From: a virus
DNA: 64,000 nucleotides
Virus record (IMG/VR): IMGVR_UViG_3300027969_000060
Location: 44,992 to 108,991 of that record
Reading direction: 5' to 3' (one strand)
The notes under the pieces are model-generated. The model was given only the letters and a program-made list of their open reading frames with translations, did not search any database and was not told the origin of the DNA. A program made the position numbers and the translations under genes. Of this stretch, positions 29,606 to 37,504 are shown piece after piece; the stretch's first letter is position 1, and the number at the start of each line of letters is the position of its first letter.

Positions 29606-29826
29606 TTAGGTTATCGGTTGAAGATACGATAGAGTACTTGATTAGGCTTGACAAGCAGGTTAAACAATTCAAAGAAGAGCTGTTTAGAGTAAGTTGGTAT
29701 ATGAGGGGTGGTGTATCTGCTGTCGATCTCATGTACTTGTGGAGTTACGAAGATCGACAGTTGATGTATGCAACTATTGAAAGCAATATAGAGCTTGCTA
29801 AATCAACTGGCAAGCCGTTTATCTAA
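29587..29826 (+). CDS. gp51-like C-terminal extension, probably expressed by -1 frameshift from the gp26-like gene
   Basis: The -1 frame is open from the slippery T TTT TTC (29587-29593) to TAA 29826. The track start (TTG 29638) lacks a clear RBS. Confidence 0.6.
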   Translation, partial: FFRQRLIRLSVEDTIEYLIRLDKQVKQFKEELFRVSWYMRGGVSAVDLMYLWSYEDRQLMYATIESNIELAKSTGKPFI

Positions 29827-30816
29827 TTACTTTGCCTTCTGTCTTTCTTTTTCCATATCCGCTAGCGTTCTTCCTGCTTGCGGTACGTTAGCAAATCGTG
29901 GATCAATTTTAAATTCAGCACGACCAGTAGGAGAAGTTACAATCTCAGGTCTTGCTGATATTGGTAGTTGTTTGTTAGCAGGCCCTTGACCAGCTGTTGG
30001 ATTTGTTCCTTGGCTAGTTGAATCTTTAGCAGTTTGTCCTTGTGTGTCCGCGGCGGAGTCAGCATCTGCTTTTGCTGAATTATCTGGAGTTGCTGGGCTG
30101 TTATCTTTGATGCCAAATATTTTCTTAAACTTATCTACAACTGCAATACCTGCATCACCTAATGTTTGGTCAATCATACAAGCGCCAATGATTTCTGCAA
30201 CAGTATTTTTACCAGATTCTGTATTTAAATAGGCCATTAATCCAACGGTAGCGGCGCTGTCTAAGTTGCTTAATAGTTTACCTAGGTTAGCAACTGGTGC
30301 ATATGGGACTAGTCGCATACCTACAGTTAATTGTGTCCAACCTGTGGCTAACTTTAGTGTACCAAATAAAACTGTTGAGGCTGCAATCTGCCCAACGAGT
30401 GTTGCCATACGCTGTTGACGGTACTGCTGATATTTCTCTGGGGTCCACTCGCCTTTTTCAACCATTGCAACAGCATCTTCCATGTCGTCCCAATAGTCAT
30501 AGGCCATCTTACCTAGTCCTAAACCTTTTAACACTAATAGCAATCGACCAGTGGCCTTATTAAAGGTAGCAAATCCGTCCTTAGTTACTTTTCCACCTAC
30601 ATCTGCAATCTTTCCTTTAGGAATTTTACCACCTTTACTTGCTGTAGCTACGGCATCATCTGCACGACCACTAGCACGTTGAGCTAATTTTAAAATACCT
30701 TTACCAACAGGTTCTAGTACTTTACCACCCGTTCTTCCAATTATATTCATAGCAGCCGGGATAATTCCCCCAAACTCTTTTAATTCACGTTCTGTTAGTA
30801 GGTCGTTAATTCTCAT
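29827..30816 (-). CDS. Hypothetical late protein, possibly an internal head/ejected protein
   Basis: 329 aa. N-terminus MRINDLLTE resembles a propeptide with L-x-E sites; hydrophobic helices; late promoter and GAGG RBS. Confidence 0.6.
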   Translation of the reverse strand: MRINDLLTERELKEFGGIIPAAMNIIGRTGGKVLEPVGKGILKLAQRASGRADDAVATASKGGKIPKGKIADVGGKVTKDGFATFNKATGRLLLVLKGLGLGKMAYDYWDDMEDAVAMVEKGEWTPEKYQQYRQQRMATLVGQIAASTVLFGTLKLATGWTQLTVGMRLVPYAPVANLGKLLSNLDSAATVGLMAYLNTESGKNTVAEIIGACMIDQTLGDAGIAVVDKFKKIFGIKDNSPATPDNSAKADADSAADTQGQTAKDSTSQGTNPTAGQGPANKQLPISARPEIVTSPTGRAEFKIDPRFANVPQAGRTLADMEKERQKAK

Positions 30817-30835
30817 TTGTATTTCCTCAGTAAGA

Positions 30836-30843
30836 TATTTATC
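30836..30843 (-). promoter_or_regulatory. Late promoter (GATAAATA)
   Basis: NATAAATA match upstream of the 329-aa gene. Confidence 0.65.
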
Positions 30844-30851
30844 TACTACTT

Positions 30852-31316
30852 TAAGAAGAACTTGCGTTCTTCTGTTCTTCGCTAACGCTCGAACTTACTG
30901 TCTTTCTTTTAATTATATTATTAAACGCGAAGCGTTAAGATATTATCTAGATTGTTCAGTCACACTTAGCCCTTGCGGGCTAAAATTGAACATTATCTGA
31001 GTTGAGCAGTTCACTTAGTGTTTGCACTACAAGCATATTGCTAGCTTAGGCGGTCATCCGGTACCTAATCGTGCTGTCTTATATGACGGCGGGCCTCTAC
31101 ACATACACTAACACATGCAGAGCCGTGGGCTGTTAACCCTCTTTTAGCCTTGGAAATACACACTTACAAATCAAACCGGTTATAATTTAGGCATATCCGA
31201 TCAACGTCCTGTAAAGGATAGTGATTTGCTACTCTACGCCAATTAGAGTTCCTTGCCGCCACACATCAGAGCGGATTTAGGGCACTATACTATCGCCGGT
31301 GCGGGCTTATTTGGCG
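30852..31316 (-). ncRNA. Candidate large structured non-coding RNA directly downstream of the GIY-YIG gene
   Basis: About 470 nt with no ORF. More than 10 stems, GCAA tetraloops, nested long-range helices, and G-U pairs that only work on the minus strand. Confidence 0.6.
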
Positions 31317-31760
31317 TTATTTTGCCTGGTTTTCTTGGAGTCGTTTAATATGCGAACCGTGTACACGTACTTGAATATGACCGTTATAATATTCATTTGA
31401 TTCTAATACTCTACGTGAAAATTGTTCGCGAGCCTCTATGTAACTACATTCTGCCTTGGATTTGCAGTAAAACAGTATTTCTCTTGTGAAGTTTTCTTTG
31501 CCTAGTGCGTCTATGTCTGTTTGAAGATTAGGACTGCTACCATAGTATTCCTGCCAGTCGCTGTCAATTTTACTTCTAATCTTCTTTTTTTTCTTAGTGC
31601 CGTTTTTAAGTTTTACAGTTTTATATGAGGTTTTAGAGAATTTAGCAAGTTTTTTGCCTATGTACATGCGCCCGTTAGTTATATTGGTGATGATATACAC
31701 GAATCCTATACAGTCTTCGGGTAAAATTTCTACGGTTTGGGATTGATATAACCACGTCAT
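31317..31760 (-). CDS. Stand-alone GIY-YIG nuclease-domain protein (Seg-like)
   Basis: GFVY-x-ITN-x3-GRMYIGKK, YYGSS, F-x-REIL, E, YYN motifs; 147 aa with no additional DNA-binding domain. Confidence 0.85.
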   Translation of the reverse strand: MTWLYQSQTVEILPEDCIGFVYIITNITNGRMYIGKKLAKFSKTSYKTVKLKNGTKKKKKIRSKIDSDWQEYYGSSPNLQTDIDALGKENFTREILFYCKSKAECSYIEAREQFSRRVLESNEYYNGHIQVRVHGSHIKRLQENQAK

Positions 31761-31765
31761 GCAAG

Positions 31766-32029
31766 TTAGTTATCACTATCAGTTCCCTCCCGAGCTTCCT
31801 TTTGAGCCTTACGTTTTGCCTTTTGTTTTTCCCAGTCTACGTCTTTCCACTTGCGCCACTCTTGCACATGTATACGTCGAGCAGAGCATATCCTACGAAT
31901 TTCACTCATCCAGAACCGAACGTCCATCCCTGCACGTTTGGTACCTTCTGCTAGCCAACGTTGATTTGCCTTAAAGTATTCCTTAAAAGCATCCATTAGT
32001 TGTGAGTGTAATTCCTCGTCCTGGTGCAT
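31766..32029 (-). CDS. Small basic helical protein, histone H1-like Hc1 family (putative DNA-binding)
   Basis: EGTKRAG..VR..MSEI..IC..RR..VQE resembles the Hc1 pattern KGNKAAG.RAR..L.E...L.K..R..IQE; K/R-rich tail. Confidence 0.5.
   Translation of the reverse strand: MHQDEELHSQLMDAFKEYFKANQRWLAEGTKRAGMDVRFWMSEIRRICSARRIHVQEWRKWKDVDWEKQKAKRKAQKEAREGTDSDN
31767..31774 (-). promoter_or_regulatory. Late-promoter variant (GATAACTA) 6 nt upstream of the GIY-YIG ATG
   Basis: One mismatch to GATAAATA; spacing matches the other leaderless cases. Confidence 0.4.
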
Positions 32030-32529
32030 TATCCTACCTTATAGTACGCAACGCCATCTGTTGCATGTATTTTAATTGATTCTCTATGTCTAGGGAGCTC
32101 ACTCATTCCTATGTTCAGTGGTAACATTAGATCAGTTTTATCTAATGAAAAATAAACTTTCTTACAGCCAAACGCCTGTGTTGATTCATGTACTACACGA
32201 TGATGCGGATGACCGTATTCACCTTCTTCATTGTGTGTTAATATTAAATCGTAGCCTATTGTTGCTCTACGCAGAGCCCTGATAGCATCAAACTTATCCC
32301 ATGTGAGCAAACTATCCGTACCTAAATCCCTGCCGTGATCTTTGAATCCTAAAAACTCAGTATTAACACCACGCTGCCGCCAGTACCTAGCAATTTCACG
32401 ACCACGCTTGTGCCAGCGCCAACAGGTTAGATACACAATGTTCCATTCGTATTCTGGATGTGCATCCATAAACGCACTGGCAAATATAACACAATCATCC
32501 GGATGAGCTACTAAGGCAATTGCTTTCAC
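32029..32529 (-). CDS. PIG-L/LmbE family N-acetylglucosaminyl deacetylase
   Basis: AHPDD metal-binding motif and THN..GEYGHPHH motif. Confidence 0.85.
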   Translation of the reverse strand: MKAIALVAHPDDCVIFASAFMDAHPEYEWNIVYLTCWRWHKRGREIARYWRQRGVNTEFLGFKDHGRDLGTDSLLTWDKFDAIRALRRATIGYDLILTHNEEGEYGHPHHRVVHESTQAFGCKKVYFSLDKTDLMLPLNIGMSELPRHRESIKIHATDGVAYYKVG

Positions 32530-34304
32530 TCTGTGACCTCAAGATCAGTAGCGTATGATGTAAAGCCATTTTCTTTAATAACTCTAAGTACATTGTTAAC
32601 ACGACCAATTAGCTCGTCTTTGTGGCTGATTAAGAAAATATTTTTCTTACGTTCACGTCCCATCTTTTTAAGTACACTGAGCGCACTTTCAACACCGCTG
32701 GCATCTAATCCGTTATCAATAAGCTCGTCAACAAATAACAAGTTAATGCTTTGATATAGGCTTTCCCATACATCGCGGAATGCCCATGATAATCCAAGAA
32801 TAAGTCTATTTCGTTCCCCTCGACTTAGATTATCAAAATCTAAATCTTGTCCTAGTTGGGTAATTTCAACAGTGAGATCGTTTTGGAATACAACAGTATG
32901 CGGTAGTCCCATGCGATCAAGATAATAGGTTAACCTATTATTAAGGTATGCTAGGTTTTGATCTATGATCTTCTTACGAATAAACGAGTCTTTTGAAGTT
33001 AGTAGCTTCAATAGAAACTCTTGGTGGTCTTTTAAGCTAGAAAGTTCATTAACACGATCCCATGTAATTTCTTGCATGGCGGTGTCTGTTAATTCATCGA
33101 TCTGCTCTTGATACGGATCTGTTTCACCTGCCTTGATAGTCAGATTTGTTTCTAATGTTTTAAGATTATTTTGATGTTTAAGTGCTTGTTCAACAGTGTC
33201 ATAATATGTTTCGGGCCGTCCACTAAGCTCACCGATAGCAATAATTTCTGTTGTAATTTTAGCTAGGTCAGCAACAACTTTATTGTGATACTGTTGTGAT
33301 TCTGCAAGATGCTTAGTAGCTTCGGCAGTCATTTCTTCATGTTTATGATCGTGAAGTTCTTGTTCACAAGCGTGACATTTTTTGTCCTGCAATTTAGCAA
33401 GCTCGCTAGAGTACTTTTTTACGCTTCGCTCCGCTTGTGCTGTCGCGCTATCTAACGTAGCTCTCTCCTTATTCAGGCTCTTTAGCTTGGCTGTCTTTTC
33501 ATCAAACTCTTTAAGTTTAGCATGTTTAGCAAGCTCTGTATCAATGTCTACATTTTCTAATTCAATAATAGCACGACCAATTTTTTCAAGATCTTGATCG
33601 TGTTGATGGTTCCATGCATTTTGTCTTGTTAACAATGCATCAATACTTTGTTGTATTTTTTCATTAGCTTTTTTTGACGCTTCGATATTTGCACTTTCTT
33701 GTATAATACTATCTTTAGTTTGTCGGATTAGTTCTTTAAGTGTTTCTGCTTTCTCACTGAGCAAGGTAATACCTAACAACTGTTCAATGATAGCACGTTG
33801 GTCCGCAGCCTTCATAGACAAAAACGGCTCAGTATAAGTGTTAAGTGCAACCACGTGCTTGAACATGTCGTGACTCATACCTAGCAAGTCATCTAAGTCC
33901 TTTTGTGTCTCACGCATATCGCCCTGAGCATCGTCGGTTTCTTCTGTTTCTTGTTCCTGATCGTTTACATAAAACTTCATAAGAGTAGGCTTGCGCCCAC
34001 GCTCAACACGATAGACAACGCCGTCTTTTTCAAAAGCTAGTGTAACCAACATATTTTTATTATTAATTTTGTTGATTAAATTATCTTTCTTAATATTAGT
34101 AAGTGCATTACCAAACAGGGCAAAACTTAATGCATTTACAATGGTTGTTTTTCCCGTGCCATTTCTACTTCCGCTATCATCTCCGCCTTGGTCTAAGTTT
34201 TCCCCTAGCACAAGTGTTAAGTTCTCTTTTGTAAAATCTACAGCTTGGGTTTGATTACCCACGCTCATAAAATTCTTAACAGTTAAATTTTTAATTTTAA
34301 TCAT
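32526..34304 (-). CDS. gp46: Recombination ATPase subunit (gp46/SbcC/Rad50-like)
   Basis: NGTGKTT Walker A, CHAC zinc hook, LSRGE signature, LLFVDE Walker B, ISH. Confidence 0.95.
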   Translation of the reverse strand: MIKIKNLTVKNFMSVGNQTQAVDFTKENLTLVLGENLDQGGDDSGSRNGTGKTTIVNALSFALFGNALTNIKKDNLINKINNKNMLVTLAFEKDGVVYRVERGRKPTLMKFYVNDQEQETEETDDAQGDMRETQKDLDDLLGMSHDMFKHVVALNTYTEPFLSMKAADQRAIIEQLLGITLLSEKAETLKELIRQTKDSIIQESANIEASKKANEKIQQSIDALLTRQNAWNHQHDQDLEKIGRAIIELENVDIDTELAKHAKLKEFDEKTAKLKSLNKERATLDSATAQAERSVKKYSSELAKLQDKKCHACEQELHDHKHEEMTAEATKHLAESQQYHNKVVADLAKITTEIIAIGELSGRPETYYDTVEQALKHQNNLKTLETNLTIKAGETDPYQEQIDELTDTAMQEITWDRVNELSSLKDHQEFLLKLLTSKDSFIRKKIIDQNLAYLNNRLTYYLDRMGLPHTVVFQNDLTVEITQLGQDLDFDNLSRGERNRLILGLSWAFRDVWESLYQSINLLFVDELIDNGLDASGVESALSVLKKMGRERKKNIFLISHKDELIGRVNNVLRVIKENGFTSYATDLEVTE

Positions 34305-35314
34305 AGGCTATTGTAAATTGCTAAAAGCGTATTCTTATCAAACTGGTCAGAGTCAATATTAATAAGCTGACTAGACACAATTTGATCTACTGATTCAAAT
34401 GCTTGAATATCAATACTTGTATTGATTTCTGCATCTTTCTTTTCAGCAATCAATGTAAGTTCACGTATTTCATAATCTGAAATAAATTTTTCTTTAATAA
34501 AACTAGCTTCTTCATACGTGATATCAATATCTAGTGTAACACGTAAATGTTGTTTAGGTTTAATAATTGTACCGGCTTCGTCAATAAGCTGGCTTAGTTT
34601 AACTGTACGGAATGTAGGCTGTGCAGGCCAGCTATGATATTCTGGTTCACCACCCCATTCCATAGTCATCATACCGCGGTCATCATCCCATGCATCTGCA
34701 TAATTGTGCGGAAACGCATTACCAATATAAATCATGTTACGTTGTTGTTGGCGTTTATGAAAATGTCCGCTAAATCCTAGCTCATAACCTTTAAAACTAT
34801 CTAGTTGGATCTCTCCGTGATCTGGCATTTGTACCATTGCGTTCATAAAAAAGCTAGGCAATTCAAAGTGCCCAAATATATACTTGCCACCTTTCTTGCC
34901 TATTGATCGCCATTCGTCCCCAACGAGCCAAGGACATAGAGTAACGTCACCAATAGTAGTGGGCTCGTGTACCACAATGATGCCAGGAATATACTTTCCG
35001 AATTCAACGCTGTGGATGTCCCGCTTATCTTTGTAGTAAAGATCATGATTACCAGGAAAGAAATAAAACTTATCGAAAGCCTGTCCCAGTTTCTCAAGGG
35101 CTCTAAGGCTATAGTCCATAGTAGTAATATTAAGACTGTTACGATTGTGATGCCAATCGCCCATAAAAATTCCAACATCACATCCTTCCTCCTTGGCTTT
35201 TGCAATGTACCAATCTACAAAGTCTTCGCAGTCTTGATTATGTGTCGAACTATTGGATTTTAATCCAAAGTGAATATCTGTAAAACACGCTACTTTTTTA
35301 AATAAATTACTCAT
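34301..35314 (-). CDS. gp47: Recombination nuclease subunit (gp47/SbcD/Mre11-like)
   Basis: TDIHFG, GDWHH, GNHD, GHFE, SGHFH metallophosphoesterase motifs. Likely start is ATG 35314 (MSNLFKK). Confidence 0.95.
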   Translation of the reverse strand: MSNLFKKVACFTDIHFGLKSNSSTHNQDCEDFVDWYIAKAKEEGCDVGIFMGDWHHNRNSLNITTMDYSLRALEKLGQAFDKFYFFPGNHDLYYKDKRDIHSVEFGKYIPGIIVVHEPTTIGDVTLCPWLVGDEWRSIGKKGGKYIFGHFELPSFFMNAMVQMPDHGEIQLDSFKGYELGFSGHFHKRQQQRNMIYIGNAFPHNYADAWDDDRGMMTMEWGGEPEYHSWPAQPTFRTVKLSQLIDEAGTIIKPKQHLRVTLDIDITYEEASFIKEKFISDYEIRELTLIAEKKDAEINTSIDIQAFESVDQIVSSQLINIDSDQFDKNTLLAIYNSL

Positions 35315-36140
35315 CAGTGCCTTCTGCATTATGACGTTTCAATGCCGCTTCGTGTTCTCCTGCACCCGTCCTTGAGTAACTAGGATTCATGCCATTCATT
35401 TCAAGGATGTCATCACGAATATTTTGATTACGCTTTTCAATATTGATAACACGAACAAAACTATTAGTCACAGCCGCAGTAAAATAAGCAAATGGATTAT
35501 CCGATTTACTTTCATCAAATTGTAAACCAATCTGTGTCAACTGTAAAATAGCTTGCCCCTTCATTTCGTCATTATAAGTGTAGCCACGAACGTTACCGCG
35601 AGTAGCATACCTCTCACATAATTTTAACATCATTCGTGCTAAAGTTGGAGTAATTTGGCCTGCATCTTTATCAAAATGACCTTTATCTAAAGTACCCTTC
35701 CAATGACTCTTGCCTACGCAGATTAGCTCATCTTCATCGTTGTATTTCCAATGCTGAAATGGTGGAAAGTTAACTTTATCTCGTCCGTCTGCAACTGTTT
35801 TAGGATTTTTTTTACGTATAGTATTCAATGGAATGTGGTCAAACGTCATAATTCTAAAGACTACATCAGTCTTTTGTATTTTTTTATAATCAACCTCGCA
35901 GTCAGCTTGTTTTACTTTTTCGCCTGCTTTTTTACGAGTACTGTATTCTAAATCACCTATTCTCTTTGCCTGATTTCTTTTAGCTTCGGCTATCGTACGT
36001 ATGTTTATTTTGTCTATATTTGGTAAAATAATGTCGTATTGATGATATTTTGGATCAGTAAAACTGCAATATGAACTCTTTGATCTGTGTATTTCTAATA
36101 ACATATCCTTGTTATTTAGGTAATTAACTTTTGCTGTCAT
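35307..36140 (-). CDS. gp55: Late-transcription sigma factor (gp55-like)
   Basis: YLNNKD N-terminus, RGYTYNDEM, FDESKSDNPFAYFT, IEK motifs; T4-like 55-47-46 order. Confidence 0.85.
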   Translation of the reverse strand: MTAKVNYLNNKDMLLEIHRSKSSYCSFTDPKYHQYDIILPNIDKINIRTIAEAKRNQAKRIGDLEYSTRKKAGEKVKQADCEVDYKKIQKTDVVFRIMTFDHIPLNTIRKKNPKTVADGRDKVNFPPFQHWKYNDEDELICVGKSHWKGTLDKGHFDKDAGQITPTLARMMLKLCERYATRGNVRGYTYNDEMKGQAILQLTQIGLQFDESKSDNPFAYFTAAVTNSFVRVINIEKRNQNIRDDILEMNGMNPSYSRTGAGEHEAALKRHNAEGTDE

Positions 36141-36162
36141 TAATGATTTCTCCGGATGTACT

Positions 36163-36191
36163 ATTATAAACTACGCGGTTAATAAAGTCAA
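36163..36191 (-). promoter_or_regulatory. Sigma70-type promoter TTGACT-N17-TATAAT driving the gp55-47-46 operon
   Basis: -35 at 36186-36191, -10 at 36163-36168, 17-bp spacer. Confidence 0.8.
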
Positions 36192-36198
36192 ATAAATA
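36191..36198 (+). promoter_or_regulatory. Late promoter (AATAAATA) for the baseplate operon
   Basis: NATAAATA match 20 nt upstream of 36219. Confidence 0.65.
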
Positions 36199-36218
36199 CT
36201 TGCCAAAGGGACATAATT

Positions 36219-37199
36219 ATGGCATTGAATGTACAAAATTTATCAAGCACTATTTCGGCAACAACTGCTACATTTGGGGCAGTTTCAAGCGCCGTTAATA
36301 CGGTTAAGAATTTAGGAGTTGGTAGCCTACAAGACAATCTACTAAGCGGTACAGGGCTAGCGGCAGGAGCAGAAGCGATCGGTGATGTCATGGGTGCCCT
36401 CTCAAGTTTTGGTGGTGGCGATGCCGGCGCAAATGATTGGCGTGTAAGACTAAGCCTGCCTAACTGGGTTAGTTTTAAAAGTAGTGCAGTTTTAAAACCA
36501 TTGAAAGAAGCGGGCGGGTTAATATTTCCTTATACCCCTCAAATTAGCATGAGCACAAGTGCCAAATATACTGCCATTCCAACTATACACAGTAATTATA
36601 CATTCCAAGCATATCAAAATAGTGATCCTGGAGAAATTAAAATTACCGGAGCATTTAACGTAGAGGATAGTTCGCAAGCGTTATATTGGATTGCTGTAGT
36701 ACACTATCTACGTAGCGTTTCAAAAATGTTTAGCGGAAACGATCCAAAAGCAGGTAACCCTCCTCCTATAGTAAATCTTAATGGTTATGGTGCGTATGTT
36801 TTTAAAAATGTTCCTGTGATTATTAAATCTATGAGTCTTGATCTTCCACAAGAGTGTGACTATATTAGTTGTGATGTAGTTGGTAGTGCCGCTGGAGAAA
36901 TTGCAGGTATTGCAGATAGTATTGGCGGCCTTGCAGATACACTTGGCGGAGCCTTACCGTCACTGGGCCCTATCACAAGCACGATAAGTAGTATAGCAGG
37001 CGGCGTGGGGCAAGTAGCAAGCCTATTAGGTAGTTTTGGAGTAGGTGGAAGCACTAGTGGCGGAGTTGCCCACGTTCCGACGAAGAGTTCAATTACAGTG
37101 ACACTAATGCCTGCTTACAGTAGAAACTCAGCACGTAACTTTAGTCTTGATAGATTTGTTCAAGGCGGTTATATGAATAACGCAACAGGATACGTATAA
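36219..37199 (+). CDS. Baseplate/tail-tube junction protein (gp48/gp54-like, putative)
   Basis: GLIFPYTP and GNPPPIVxL.GYG..VF.NVPV motifs; first gene of the baseplate operon. Confidence 0.6.
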   Translation: MALNVQNLSSTISATTATFGAVSSAVNTVKNLGVGSLQDNLLSGTGLAAGAEAIGDVMGALSSFGGGDAGANDWRVRLSLPNWVSFKSSAVLKPLKEAGGLIFPYTPQISMSTSAKYTAIPTIHSNYTFQAYQNSDPGEIKITGAFNVEDSSQALYWIAVVHYLRSVSKMFSGNDPKAGNPPPIVNLNGYGAYVFKNVPVIIKSMSLDLPQECDYISCDVVGSAAGEIAGIADSIGGLADTLGGALPSLGPITSTISSIAGGVGQVASLLGSFGVGGSTSGGVAHVPTKSSITVTLMPAYSRNSARNFSLDRFVQGGYMNNATGYV

Positions 37200-37200
37200 T

Positions 37201-37503
37201 ATGTCTACAATTTACTCAAGTGTTAGTCCTTGGTATACAACTTCTATTAAACAAAATTATCTAGACGTATTAAAAATTCGACCAGTAGCAGCCGCCACCG
37301 ATGATATTTTGTACACTATAGATGCTAAGTTTAATAATAGACCAGATTTACTTGCTTATGCATTATATGGTGATGCCGCACTATGGTGGGTTTTTATCCA
37401 ACGAAATTTGGATGTACTACAAGATCCAATTTTTGATTTTGTCGCCGGAAAGAAAATATATCTTCCTAAAGAAAGTAATTTACGATCAGTGTTAGGATTA
37501 TAA
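37201..37503 (+). CDS. gp53: Baseplate wedge protein (gp53-like, LysM-like)
   Basis: RPDLLAY.LYG...LWWV...N....DP..F..G..I..P motif. Confidence 0.8.
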   Translation: MSTIYSSVSPWYTTSIKQNYLDVLKIRPVAAATDDILYTIDAKFNNRPDLLAYALYGDAALWWVFIQRNLDVLQDPIFDFVAGKKIYLPKESNLRSVLGL

Positions 37504-37504
37504 T

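Noticed and set aside
30852-31316. Group I/II intron, tmRNA, RNase P or hammerhead identity for the structured region
   Set aside because: No split host gene, no recognisable P7/R-S core, no GUGCG 5' end, no tRNA-like ends or tag peptide, and CUGAUGU does not complete the CUGANGA..GAAA core. This was judged by eye only, so an Rfam search is still needed.
35315-35329. ORF-track start for gp47 at 35329
   Set aside because: ATG 35314 gives a short overlap with the end of gp55 and a more typical N-terminus.
20506-36140. Inteins or introns in portal, MCP, gp46, gp47 or gp55
   Set aside because: Lengths and motif spacing are ordinary, and no C/S...HN intein ends or LAGLIDADG motifs were seen.
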